Positions 27,332-36,467 of a DNA stretch of 64,000 nucleotides are shown in pieces (the stretch's first letter is position 1; every line of letters starts with the position of its first letter). The stretch covers positions 5,444 to 69,443 of the forward strand of contig JAFQPI010000036.1 of assembly GCA_017411805.1 (NCBI GenBank). Direction: 5' to 3'. A program made the translations under genes and the position numbers. The notes under the pieces are model-generated. The model worked only from the letters and a program-made list of their open reading frames with translations, was not told the DNA's origin and did not search any database. Origin of the DNA: Clostridia bacterium (GTDB lineage Bacteria > Bacillota > Clostridia > Oscillospirales > CAG-272).

Positions 27332-27933
27332 TCTTCTTTATTCCTTGCTTTCTTCTTTTCTCTTCTTATCTCAGCTTCTTCGGGGTTTTCGGGAACCATA
27401 AGCTTTGTAAAATGGTATCCCTTTGTTCCGAAATAATAAGCTAAAGCAGACGTAATGATCGCGGGAATGGTTATTACGAAATAGGAAATTCCAAAGCTGT
27501 TAAGAGGCAGCTCTCCGATCTTTATCGCAAGGATACCCGAATACATACCCTCAATAAAGATCGCAATACTGCCCGCAACCCCGCCGATAGCAGAAATTAC
27601 TCCGCCGTCGGGGAATGTCTTGCACACGGCAATAATGATCGCCAGCAGAAAATTGAGACTGTTTGCCAATAAAGCTATATAAAGACCCGTGAGTGGTTTT
27701 GCCTCAAACTTTCCGTATTCGATTCCGAACTTGTCCTTTGAACCGACCTCCCACATCGAGGTATAGATAAGGAAAAGATAAAATACTACCGCTCCGCAAC
27801 TGGATACGATCTGCATCGTACTGCCAATGCTCGCGCAGGCAATAGCAAGTCCCAGCCCAAACACTGATATCGCCATTTGGCTTACAAAAAGCTTCATGGC
27901 ACTGTATGAATATTTTTTCATAAAATCACTCAA
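27328..27933 (-). CDS. hypothetical polytopic membrane protein
   Basis: 201 aa with 5-6 TM helices and a Lys/Glu-rich tail. TTG start 8 nt after GGAGGA. There is a 4-bp overlap with the HAD gene. Confidence 0.55.
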   Translation of the reverse strand: MSDFMKKYSYSAMKLFVSQMAISVFGLGLAIACASIGSTMQIVSSCGAVVFYLFLIYTSMWEVGSKDKFGIEYGKFEAKPLTGLYIALLANSLNFLLAIIIAVCKTFPDGGVISAIGGVAGSIAIFIEGMYSGILAIKIGELPLNSFGISYFVITIPAIITSALAYYFGTKGYHFTKLMVPENPEEAEIRREKKKARNKEE

Positions 27934-28099
27934 TGATATTGTCCTCCGAATAATTTAAAGTGGTTTATAACGCAATTGTTTAAATTATATACTTTTATCT
28001 AATAATATTCAACACAAAAAACTGAAAATTTACATTTTATCCACTAAAATCTTGCGAAATGTTGTATAATATTATATATAATCAAAACGAGGTGAGCAA

Positions 28100-29179
28100 A
28101 TGGCAACCGAATACAATCCCCGGGAGTACTCCCCCGCGCTCCGCGAATTTGCAAGCTATAAGCAATCTATCGCGGGCTGCTCTCCGAAAACACTAAACGA
28201 ATATATGCTGGATCTGCGAACCTTTTTCAAGTTTATCATCGCAGACAGGACAGGCATAGCTTACGGAACTCCCGAGTATGATCAGATACGGCTTGACAAG
28301 GTAGACGTACCTTTTCTCCGCTCCGTTGAAACATCCGAAATATATAACTTCCTTTTCTTTTGCGACAGTGTCCTCGGTAACGCCGCAAACGCGAGAGCGA
28401 GGAAACTCTCCGCAATCAAAGGATTGTATAAGTTTTATACAAAGAATAAAATGGTGCTTGAAAGCAATCCCGCAGAGATCGTTGAATCACCGAAAAAGTC
28501 AAAAACGCTTCCCAAGCATATGTCTCTTGAGGATGCGGTTATGTTTATCGACACGGTAAGAAACGACACCTCCAAAAAGGAGCATATACGTATACAGAAC
28601 TATTGCATAGTCACACTGTTTCTCAATTGCGGAATGCGACTATCCGAGCTTGTGGGAATCGATTTGAACGATATTGACAGATTCCTACGCTCGGTAAGGA
28701 TACTCGGTAAAGGCAGCAAAGAAAGGATCATTTATTTCAATGACGCCTGCCGCTCCGCTCTTGAAGAATTCATTCCGATCCGCGAAAAGCAGAAGACGGC
28801 AACCGAGAATGAAAACGCGCTCTTTCTCTCCACTCACGGGCAACGAATAAATAACAGGACCGTGCAGAAAATGGTTGAGCATTACCTTGAGCTCTCGGGA
28901 CTCGGAAACCGCGGGCTTTCGGTACATAAGCTGAGGCATACGGCGGCAACTCTCATGTATTCCAAGGGCGGAGTTGACGTAAGAGTGCTCAAGGAGATAC
29001 TCGGACACGAACAGCTCAACACGACACAGATCTACACTCACGTTTCAAACGGTGAGATCGAAGCCGCAATGGCAAAGAATCCGCTTGCTCTGATCTCGCC
29101 AACGGAATTATCGGCAGAAAGCAAAGAAGAGCCTGCCGTTTCCGGAACCGTCAATGCAAGCGAGAAAAAAAGCAACTAA
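28100..29179 (+). CDS. tyrosine-type site-specific recombinase (XerC/XerD-like)
   Basis: 359 aa. SAM-like N-domain. The catalytic set is GMRLSEL (Arg), KGSKER (Lys), HKLRHTAAT (His-x-x-Arg), LGHEQ (His) and IYTHV (Tyr). Confidence 0.85.
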   Translation: MATEYNPREYSPALREFASYKQSIAGCSPKTLNEYMLDLRTFFKFIIADRTGIAYGTPEYDQIRLDKVDVPFLRSVETSEIYNFLFFCDSVLGNAANARARKLSAIKGLYKFYTKNKMVLESNPAEIVESPKKSKTLPKHMSLEDAVMFIDTVRNDTSKKEHIRIQNYCIVTLFLNCGMRLSELVGIDLNDIDRFLRSVRILGKGSKERIIYFNDACRSALEEFIPIREKQKTATENENALFLSTHGQRINNRTVQKMVEHYLELSGLGNRGLSVHKLRHTAATLMYSKGGVDVRVLKEILGHEQLNTTQIYTHVSNGEIEAAMAKNPLALISPTELSAESKEEPAVSGTVNASEKKSN

Positions 29180-29261
29180 TTTACATTTTGATATTTATTT
29201 TGTGCAAAAACTATGATATAATGTTATATTGACAAAACCGATATGAAAGGAAAAATCAGTT

Positions 29262-30851
29262 TTGGATCTTACTAATTTTTCATTGCTTTATCCGAACGCC
29301 GAGAGCATCAGCAGTCATCATTCCGAAAGCGGAAGACCCGATATCTCGGATTTTACACTTGATGAAATGGGGTTTTCTCAGATCTTTGATCTGAAAAACG
29401 GTTCCCTTTCCGAATTCTTTACATCCGACGTGGACGTAATCAACTACCGCCGCGAGACATTTGCGGACATGCTCGATAACCCCGAGCTCATACGCACTCT
29501 CAACGATCTTCTTCCCATCCTCTCGGATATCATGGAGCTTCGCCGTCTTGAAGCTGACAGCGGCGACCCCAACGATTATCTTTCAAGTATAACCGAGATC
29601 GAACTTTACATCTCTTGCGTTGATACGCTTGACGACGGTCTCAATGCCGTACGCGACAAGCTCAAGGGCAAGGCGTTTAAAACGCTCTGTGACCGCATCA
29701 GCGAGCTTGCAGAGAGCGATTACTATGCTCAGCTAAACGAGAAGCTCTGTGAGCTTACAAAGCGTGTGCGGGAAATCAAGAGTGTGACGATGGGTGTCAA
29801 CCTTGACGCGCAGCTCCGTCCCTCCTCCGCCGGTGTTCTTTCGATCAACCCCGAGCCATTCCGCTCCGGCGAGGTCCTTGAAAAGATCCTGCGCCTCAAT
29901 TTCAAGGATGATGAATACACATGTATCGCAAGCCTCGTCCCCTTCGGAAAAAGGCAGTCCGAAAGCCAGAAGACCGCGCTATCGCTTGCATTCAATACAG
30001 CAATAAACGAGGTATACAAATCCTCGCTTCGCTCATGGAAGAAGATCGTTCAGCAATACGTTCTCGAGAACACGGACTTTCTTCTCAACCTTATGCCCGA
30101 GATCGAATTTCTCATCAAGGGAACGAGACTTATGAGCCGTCTGCGCGAGAAGGGATGCGATCTTTGCGTACCCACCATCGCTTCCGCCGATGACCGCGCG
30201 TTCAATGCGATCGGGCTCTATAACCCCGCAGTTGCGCTAAAGATCGACGACGAGATCGTTGCAAACGATCTTATTTTCGACGAGAAGGCTACGATCTACG
30301 TCCTCTCGGGTCCCAACCGAGGCGGCAAATCTGTAATCACCTGTGCGCTCGGTATGGCTCAGGTAATGCTTCAGCTCGGTCTTTTCGTTCCCGCAAAGAG
30401 CGCGACGATCTCGCCCGTTGACGCTATCTACACCCACTTCCCCACCGGTGCAGACGACACGATCGATAAGGGACGTCTCGGTGAGGAATGCGCTCGCCTC
30501 GGAGAGATCTTCGATTGCGTTACCTCGCACTCTCTCGTTCTGCTTGACGAGTCCCTCTCGTCCACGGGCTCTTACGAGGCTTCCTACATTGCGGCAGAGA
30601 TCCTTGCGGGATTTGCCGCTGTAAAGTGCCGCACACTCTTCTCCACCCACCTTCACGAGCTTGCGGCTATGATCGACGATATCAACGCCAAGGGCGGCGC
30701 GCCGATCGACACTCTCGTTGCCGGAATCGACGAGGGCAAGAGATCCTTCAAGATCTTCCGCGCAAAACCCGACGGTAAGAGCTACGCCCGCGATATAGCT
30801 AACAAGTACGGTCTGTCGCTTGATTCTATTATGAAAAAAATCAACAGATAA
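29262..30851 (+). CDS. MutS-family ATPase paralogue (core/clamp plus domain V only; no mismatch-binding or Smr domain)
   Basis: 529 aa with a TTG start. Walker A GPNRGGKSV, Walker B LVLLDESLSSTG, and STHLHEL. Confidence 0.8.
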   Translation: MDLTNFSLLYPNAESISSHHSESGRPDISDFTLDEMGFSQIFDLKNGSLSEFFTSDVDVINYRRETFADMLDNPELIRTLNDLLPILSDIMELRRLEADSGDPNDYLSSITEIELYISCVDTLDDGLNAVRDKLKGKAFKTLCDRISELAESDYYAQLNEKLCELTKRVREIKSVTMGVNLDAQLRPSSAGVLSINPEPFRSGEVLEKILRLNFKDDEYTCIASLVPFGKRQSESQKTALSLAFNTAINEVYKSSLRSWKKIVQQYVLENTDFLLNLMPEIEFLIKGTRLMSRLREKGCDLCVPTIASADDRAFNAIGLYNPAVALKIDDEIVANDLIFDEKATIYVLSGPNRGGKSVITCALGMAQVMLQLGLFVPAKSATISPVDAIYTHFPTGADDTIDKGRLGEECARLGEIFDCVTSHSLVLLDESLSSTGSYEASYIAAEILAGFAAVKCRTLFSTHLHELAAMIDDINAKGGAPIDTLVAGIDEGKRSFKIFRAKPDGKSYARDIANKYGLSLDSIMKKINR

Positions 30852-30856
30852 AAAAG

Positions 30857-30884
30857 ATCCGCAGAGATTCAAGTCTCTGCGGAT
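30857..30884 (+). repeat. 28-bp palindrome ATCCGCAGAGA-TTCAAG-TCTCTGCGGAT, copy 1 (also acts as the terminator of the MutS-like gene; followed by TTTTT)
   Basis: 11-bp perfect arms around a 6-nt centre. Identical to 31441-31468 in the same orientation. Confidence 0.9.
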
Positions 30885-30886
30885 TT

Positions 30887-31405
30887 TTAATCATCGGGAG
30901 TTTGTGCAATAGCATCAACAGCGTGCACAAATTCAACCGAGCCAACGGATGCCGATTCAATAGTAAACAAGTCCTGCCACAAGCCGCGTTTATTCTTTAT
31001 TGAAAAATAAATTGTGCCTCTAAAACTGTGAATCCTTTCGATTTGTGCCGCATCAAACGTCTTATGTTTAAAGCAATTATGCACTATAATCGTTCTCTCA
31101 CCGTCAAAAGCAACATATCTGCAACAGTCCAACAAACATTCGCATACAAGCGCTATCGCACATAACAGACCAAAAAAGTAAAAGACTATGCTATCGGAAA
31201 GGCTTCTACTTTGAATATATATAAGGGCTGCAAATCCACAAAATATAATTGTTATTGTATAAAAGACATATGTATAAATAATTGTCTTTTTAGAAGTTAC
31301 AATAATATATTTATATACTGGAAAGCAAAATCTTCTGTTTATAATTGCTGTTGTAATCAATACAGCCGTGGTTATGGCAAATGTAGCAATTATTGTTATA
31401 AGCAT
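30887..31405 (-). CDS. hypothetical small membrane protein in an AT-rich cassette
   Basis: 172 aa from the ATG at 31405 (GAGGGGG RBS 7 nt upstream). The first 17 codons of the track ORF (start 31456) are encoded by the hairpin repeat. There are 3-4 TM helices plus a C-terminal soluble part of about 70 aa. The region is visibly more AT-rich than its neighbours. Confidence 0.55.
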   Translation of the reverse strand: MLITIIATFAITTAVLITTAIINRRFCFPVYKYIIVTSKKTIIYTYVFYTITIIFCGFAALIYIQSRSLSDSIVFYFFGLLCAIALVCECLLDCCRYVAFDGERTIIVHNCFKHKTFDAAQIERIHSFRGTIYFSIKNKRGLWQDLFTIESASVGSVEFVHAVDAIAQTPDD

Positions 31406-31440
31406 ATTTACACCCCCTCTTGGATAAATTATATCATAAA

Positions 31441-31468
31441 ATCCGCAGAGATTCAAGTCTCTGCGGAT
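31441..31468 (+). repeat. 28-bp palindrome ATCCGCAGAGA-TTCAAG-TCTCTGCGGAT, copy 2 (also acts as the terminator for htrA on the reverse strand)
   Basis: Identical to 30857-30884. The flanking ATAAAA is also shared. Confidence 0.9.
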
Positions 31469-31475
31469 CTGTTTT

Positions 31476-32789
31476 TTATAAAGTAATATCTACGGTTACG
31501 ATCTTTCCGTCTCTCCAGACTTCGATTGTTACAGTATCGCCGACCTTATGCTTAAAGAGCTCGGCTCGCATCTTCTCGATTGTAGGCGTCTCGACGCCGC
31601 CGAAGGAAACGATGATATCCAAGGGATTGAGCTTTCCGTACGCGGAATATCCCTCATTGACCATGATAACGAGTACGCCGTCAGCCTCGGGAGTGAACTT
31701 TGTGTTCTCGTCGATCTCAATCTCGATGCCCTTATATACTGTCAAGCATTGGATTCCGAGCTGTACGCCCTGGGTAGAGCTGCCCTTATCGCCGGAATAC
31801 TTGCCGTCCTCAATTATGTCATCCGCGATCTCAACAGCATCGTTAATCGGGATTGAGAAATAGAGCGTATCTCCTGCATCGGATGCGTAATACTTCATCG
31901 TATTGATTCCGATGACCTCGCCTCGCATATTGATCAAGGGGCCGCCCGAGTTGCCGTGGTTGAGAGTGGTATCGGTCTGGATCATCTCCATTGTCTTGCT
32001 TAGGTAGCCTTCCTCCTCATAGACACGTACCTTACGCTTTACGCCCGAGATGATGCCCTTGGTTACCGTACCCGCATATTCTATATCATTCGGAGTACCG
32101 ATCGCAATAACGTCCTCTCCGACTCGCAGCTTATCCGAATCACCTACAGGGAGGCGCGTGATACCGAGATTTTTAACGAATATTACCGCAACGTCGGAAA
32201 GCTCGTCGCCGTCGATAAGCTTGGCTTCAAGCTCTCTGCCGTCAGTGCAGATAACGGTGATCTTCTTTGCTCCGTCGATTACGTGATAGTTGGTAATTAT
32301 ATAACCGCTGTTCGTATACACAAATCCGGTACCGAAGCCCTTATCGGTATAAACAGTCACGACACCGTCCTTGACGCTATCAACCAGTTCAACAAGGTTA
32401 GAGCTATCAACGACAACATGGTCATTATTGCTTGAATTTTCCGAACCCTTATTACCAAAATCCGTAATCAGCAGCAGTGCCAGCACAGCAAAGCATACCG
32501 CAAAAAGACAGGTCATGATTATTGCGTAAACCAAGGCACCCCGCATACCGCGTTTCTTTGCTGCGGCGCGGTCTGCTTCAACCTGCGCGGCAAAGCTCCA
32601 TATAGGTCTTTCCTCGGGTTGCTCCGTGGGAGCGGGAGCTTCAACGGGTATTTCGGGTTCAACTTCCACCGGAGTTAGGTTTTCTTCTGTATTATCCTGT
32701 ATTTCGGTTATTTCCTGAGCCTCGGGAAGGTTTTCCTTATTATCCTCGGATTCGGGAATCATTTCAAGTTCGTTGTTCTGTTCGTTCAT
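31476..32789 (-). CDS. htrA: HtrA/DegP-family serine protease with PDZ domain, membrane-anchored
   Basis: 437 aa. Acidic N-tail, one TM, catalytic contexts ITNYHV and GNSGGPLIN, and a C-terminal PDZ domain. Confidence 0.9.
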   Translation of the reverse strand: MNEQNNELEMIPESEDNKENLPEAQEITEIQDNTEENLTPVEVEPEIPVEAPAPTEQPEERPIWSFAAQVEADRAAAKKRGMRGALVYAIIMTCLFAVCFAVLALLLITDFGNKGSENSSNNDHVVVDSSNLVELVDSVKDGVVTVYTDKGFGTGFVYTNSGYIITNYHVIDGAKKITVICTDGRELEAKLIDGDELSDVAVIFVKNLGITRLPVGDSDKLRVGEDVIAIGTPNDIEYAGTVTKGIISGVKRKVRVYEEEGYLSKTMEMIQTDTTLNHGNSGGPLINMRGEVIGINTMKYYASDAGDTLYFSIPINDAVEIADDIIEDGKYSGDKGSSTQGVQLGIQCLTVYKGIEIEIDENTKFTPEADGVLVIMVNEGYSAYGKLNPLDIIVSFGGVETPTIEKMRAELFKHKVGDTVTIEVWRDGKIVTVDITL

Positions 32790-32798
32790 TTATTATCC

Positions 32799-34286
32799 TC
32801 ATTCACGTGTCTGGCGGGGTTTCTTGTCATCGGGAGTGACAGGAAGGGTGAAATAGAATTCACAATACTTGCCGGGTTCACTCTCAAGCGCGATGACCTC
32901 TTTATGCGCTTCAATTATTGTTTTGGCGATAAACATACCAAGTCCGACCCCCGTCTTATCCTTGCCGCGGCTGCGGTCGCTCTTATAGAATCGCTCGAAA
33001 ATATAGGGTTGGTCGTCATAGGGAATTCCGTCGCCTTCATTGTATACCGAAACCCGCACCTTTTTGTCCGCGCGCGTCAGCGACAATCTGAGTATACCCT
33101 CCTCACGGGCAAATTTAACAGCGTTATCGGTAATATTATAAAAAATCTGATAGATAGCGTCGTGGTCGCCCGTGACGAACATATTGTCATCGTCGCAAAT
33201 GAATTCGACCTCGAGGCGTTTTTTGTCGATCTTCTGTTCAAACGAGATAAGAACCTGACGTCCCATCTCGCAGATATCAAATGGTTCCATAACGAATTTT
33301 CTGTCGCCCGCCTGGATTCTTGAGATATCAAGAAGGCTGGCAACAAGTCTTGAAAGACGCAGGACCTCATCGCGGATTATCTTCAGATAATACTCATGCT
33401 TTTCCGGTGGTATCGCGCCGCTGAGAATACAGTCGATAAAGCCCGAGATGGTCGTCATGGGGGTTCTCATGTCATGCGAAACGCTCGACATGAAGTTGTT
33501 TCTCATTTCATCGAGAGACTCGAGGTTTTGCGCCATATTATTGAACGCGGATGCAAGCTGCGCGACCTCGTCGCTTCCGACAACGGGGACTCGCACGCTG
33601 AATTCTCCCTTAGCAAAGCTCTTTGCCGCCTGGCTCATACCGCGCAGCGGGCTTATGATCCTTTCGCTGATAAAGAAAATCGCAATAAGTGCCGCGAGCA
33701 TGACCCAAAGGCTTGAGATCGCAACCGTCTTGATGAGCACCTCGGAAAAATCATTTATCGAGCCCATATCACAGCAAACTATGACCGTTCCGCAAATATA
33801 ATTGTTTCGCAGATATACCGGAGTTGCGCTGACAACGTGAGGGGTGTCGAAAATCCCCTCAAGATTATTTAGCACGGAAAGCTCGATTCCGTTATTGATC
33901 TCGTCCATAAGTGAACGAGGTATCTGAGAACCGTTTTTGAAATCGCAATTCTCATCGGGACGCGCGACAAGAATATTGCCCTCGCTGTCTGCAATAAAGA
34001 CGGTAACGGGAAAGCTTGCCATAGCCTTGACCGCATTGATCTGCGCGTCAATATCGATCAGATAATCGTCGCAATAGGATTTAAAATTTCCGCTTGATCC
34101 GTAGGTTTCAAGCTTTGCGGTTATTCCGCTTCCAAGCGCGCTTGCTGCTGCGGAAACAGATTCATTTTTCGAATTCTCAGAATAATCATCAACAAGAGTA
34201 CCGATTATCGCAAGAAGAAGGATAAGGCTGGTTACAATAATGATCATAAAAGTGACTATATACTTTACGTATATGCTCTTAAACAT
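32799..34286 (-). CDS. sensor histidine kinase (TM-sensor-TM-HAMP-HisKA-HATPase)
   Basis: H-box SHDMRTPMTTISGF, N-box NITDNAVKFA, G-box GVGLGM. The start is taken at the ATG at 34286, preceded by AAAGGAGAAGGG. The track start at 34304 adds 6 aa. Confidence 0.9.
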   Translation of the reverse strand: MFKSIYVKYIVTFMIIIVTSLILLLAIIGTLVDDYSENSKNESVSAAASALGSGITAKLETYGSSGNFKSYCDDYLIDIDAQINAVKAMASFPVTVFIADSEGNILVARPDENCDFKNGSQIPRSLMDEINNGIELSVLNNLEGIFDTPHVVSATPVYLRNNYICGTVIVCCDMGSINDFSEVLIKTVAISSLWVMLAALIAIFFISERIISPLRGMSQAAKSFAKGEFSVRVPVVGSDEVAQLASAFNNMAQNLESLDEMRNNFMSSVSHDMRTPMTTISGFIDCILSGAIPPEKHEYYLKIIRDEVLRLSRLVASLLDISRIQAGDRKFVMEPFDICEMGRQVLISFEQKIDKKRLEVEFICDDDNMFVTGDHDAIYQIFYNITDNAVKFAREEGILRLSLTRADKKVRVSVYNEGDGIPYDDQPYIFERFYKSDRSRGKDKTGVGLGMFIAKTIIEAHKEVIALESEPGKYCEFYFTLPVTPDDKKPRQTRE

Positions 34287-34356
34287 ATTCCCTTCTCCTT
34301 TCATTATTTAAAAGCATACGCCCGGGGAAACCCTCGGGCGTATGTTAGGTTGGCGA

Positions 34357-35049
34357 TCAATTGCCGGTCAGTTCAAACTTGTAGCCAACGCCCCAAACTG
34401 TTTTAAGCACCCATTTATCGGATACGCCTTCAAGCTTTTCGCGGAGGCGCTTTACATGTACATCGACGGTACGGGAGTCGCCGAGATAATCAAATCCCCA
34501 TACCTTATCGAGGAGCTGATCTCTGGTAAATACACGGTTGTAATTCGAAGCCAGGAAATAGAGAAGCTCGAGCTCCTTGGGGGGGATATCTACGCTCTTG
34601 CCGTTCAGCTTGAGCTCATACTTCTGCTTGCTGATCTCGATATTCTCAAACTTGATAACTTCATCATCATCGGGATCATCATGAGTATTGCAACGGCGAA
34701 GAACAGCCTTGATGCGCGCGAAAAGCTCGCTCATATCAAAAGGCTTTACAACGAAGTCGTCGGCGCCAAGCTCAAGGCATACGACCTTATCGACTACCTC
34801 GCCCTTAGCTGTGATCATAATAATAGGCTTGTTTGTGAATTTGCGAAGCTCGGTGCAAACGTCCTTTCCGTTTTTACCGGGGAGCATGATATCAAGAAGA
34901 ACGAGATCGGGCTCGTATTTCTTGAATACATCAATAGCCTGGTAGCCGTCGGGAGCGGTACGTACCTCGTATCCTTCCTTTTCAAGAGAAGTTTTCAGAA
35001 GGTCGCAAATATAACTGTCATCATCGACAACGAGAATTTTGGTATACAT
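34357..35049 (-). CDS. OmpR-family response regulator
   Basis: 230 aa. Receiver (VVDDD, LLDIMLPG, TAK) and a winged-helix C-terminus (VWGFDYLGDSRTVDVHVKRLREK). Confidence 0.95.
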   Translation of the reverse strand: MYTKILVVDDDSYICDLLKTSLEKEGYEVRTAPDGYQAIDVFKKYEPDLVLLDIMLPGKNGKDVCTELRKFTNKPIIMITAKGEVVDKVVCLELGADDFVVKPFDMSELFARIKAVLRRCNTHDDPDDDEVIKFENIEISKQKYELKLNGKSVDIPPKELELLYFLASNYNRVFTRDQLLDKVWGFDYLGDSRTVDVHVKRLREKLEGVSDKWVLKTVWGVGYKFELTGN

Positions 35050-35242
35050 TTTTTCCTCCTCAATGCATTTTGCTCAGTCTCGCCTGTCTTTTCTCCGAGG
35101 CTATTAATACCGTCATGAGGGCAGACTGCGACATTTTTATATTTTCCCTTATATTATATCACATTATTTTCATTTTGCAAAGGGTTTTTTTGAAAAAATG
35201 TTCATATTTTTCGCAAAAATTTAGTATTTTTTGCTCTTTTGC

Positions 35243-35271
35243 TTGAATTCTTCATAATTTTATTATATAAT
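35243..35271 (+). promoter_or_regulatory. sigma-A-type promoter for ychF (TTGAAT-17-TATAAT)
   Basis: -35 at 35243-35248 and -10 at 35266-35271. Confidence 0.6.
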
Positions 35272-35316
35272 AGATAGGCTAATACAAATAATGACTATTT
35301 TTTATCGGAGAAACAA

Positions 35317-36411
35317 ATGAAACTTGGTATTGTTGGACTGCCCAACGTGGGCAAAAGCACGCTTTTTAACGCCCTTTGCGGCGGAGGCGCAGACTCGGCT
35401 AACTACCCCTTCTGCACCATAGAACCGAACGTCGGAGTCGTTCCCGTTCCCGATTCCAGACTTGATGCGCTGGCTGAGATGTATAACCCCGAGAAGTACA
35501 CTCCCGCAGTCGTTGAATTCTTTGATATTGCAGGTCTCGTCAAAGGCGCATCGCAGGGCGAAGGTCTCGGCAACAAATTCCTTTCCCACATCCGCGAATG
35601 TGACGCCATCCTCCACGTTGTCCGTTGCTTTGAGGACGATAACATTATTCACGTTGACGGAAGAGTAAACCCCATTTCAGACGTTGAAACGATCAATTAC
35701 GAACTTATCCTTTCCGACATAGAGGTTGCCGAACGCAGACTCGACCGTACACGCAAGGCGATGAAGGCAGATAAGTCTCTCGCTCCCGAGGCGGCATTCC
35801 TTGAGAGACTCATTGAGCATCTCGGTGAAGGCAAATCGGCTCGCGGAATCGACATGAACGATGACGAACGCGCGATGCTTGCGGACATGCCTCTTCTTTC
35901 CGCAAAGCCCATCATCTACGTTGCAAACGTTGACGAGAACAGCCTTGACGAGGATCCCGTTCAGAATCCCCACTATGCGGCACTCAAGGAATTTGCGGCA
36001 AGCGAGAACTCGGGTATCGTATCCATCTGCGGAGGTCTCGAGGCTGAGCTTGCAGAGCTTGACGGTGAGGAAAAGCAGATGTTCCTTGATGATCTCGGAC
36101 TTGCAGAATCGGGTCTTAACAGACTTATCCGCGCGGGCTACGATCTTCTCGGTCTTATCAGCTTCCTGACAGCAGGTCCCAAGGAGGTTCGTGCCTGGAC
36201 CATCCGCAAGGGCACGAAGGCTCCCGGAGCCGCAGGAAAGATCCACAGCGATTTTGAGCGCGGCTTCATTCGCGCCGAGATCGTTGCCTTCGACGATCTT
36301 ATGCGCCTCGGATCTATGACAGCCGCTAAGGAAGCGGGTCTTGTTCGAAGCGAGGGCAAGGAATACGTCATGAAGGACGGAGACGTTACGCTCTTCAGAT
36401 TTAACGTATAA
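35317..36411 (+). CDS. ychF: redox-regulated ribosome-binding ATPase YchF
   Basis: 364 aa. [28 protein letters not shown]-terminal TGS/DUF933 ([13 protein letters not shown]). Confidence 0.95.
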   Translation: MKLGIVGLPNVGKSTLFNALCGGGADSANYPFCTIEPNVGVVPVPDSRLDALAEMYNPEKYTPAVVEFFDIAGLVKGASQGEGLGNKFLSHIRECDAILHVVRCFEDDNIIHVDGRVNPISDVETINYELILSDIEVAERRLDRTRKAMKADKSLAPEAAFLERLIEHLGEGKSARGIDMNDDERAMLADMPLLSAKPIIYVANVDENSLDEDPVQNPHYAALKEFAASENSGIVSICGGLEAELAELDGEEKQMFLDDLGLAESGLNRLIRAGYDLLGLISFLTAGPKEVRAWTIRKGTKAPGAAGKIHSDFERGFIRAEIVAFDDLMRLGSMTAAKEAGLVRSEGKEYVMKDGDVTLFRFNV

Positions 36412-36423
36412 CGAATAATATTT

Positions 36424-36466
36424 AAGGCTGTTTCACCCAAAGTCGGGCGGAACAGCCTTGTTATTT
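36424..36466 (+). terminator. rho-independent terminator of ychF
   Basis: AAGGCTGTT (36424-36432) pairs with AACAGCCTT (36451-36459), followed by GTTATTTG. Confidence 0.65.
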
Positions 36467-36467
36467 G

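Noticed and set aside
28042-28082. Promoter assignment for the recombinase gene (two TATAAT hexamers at 28065 and 28077)
   Set aside because: Neither hexamer has a convincing -35 at 16-18 nt spacing, so it is left unannotated.
30237-30872. 211-aa reverse ORF inside the MutS-like gene, and the MNLCGF... N-terminal extension of the ORF at 30887-31456
   Set aside because: Both begin with TTG AAT CTC TGC GG, which is simply the loop and arm of the 28-bp palindrome read on the reverse strand. The first is antisense to a recognisable MutS ATPase. The second has a better internal ATG with an RBS at 31405.
28100-31468. Prophage, ICE or integron interpretation of the recombinase region
   Set aside because: There are no phage, conjugation, integron attC or cargo genes, and both flanks are housekeeping genes. 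Only the narrow cassette hypothesis for 30857-31468 is retained.
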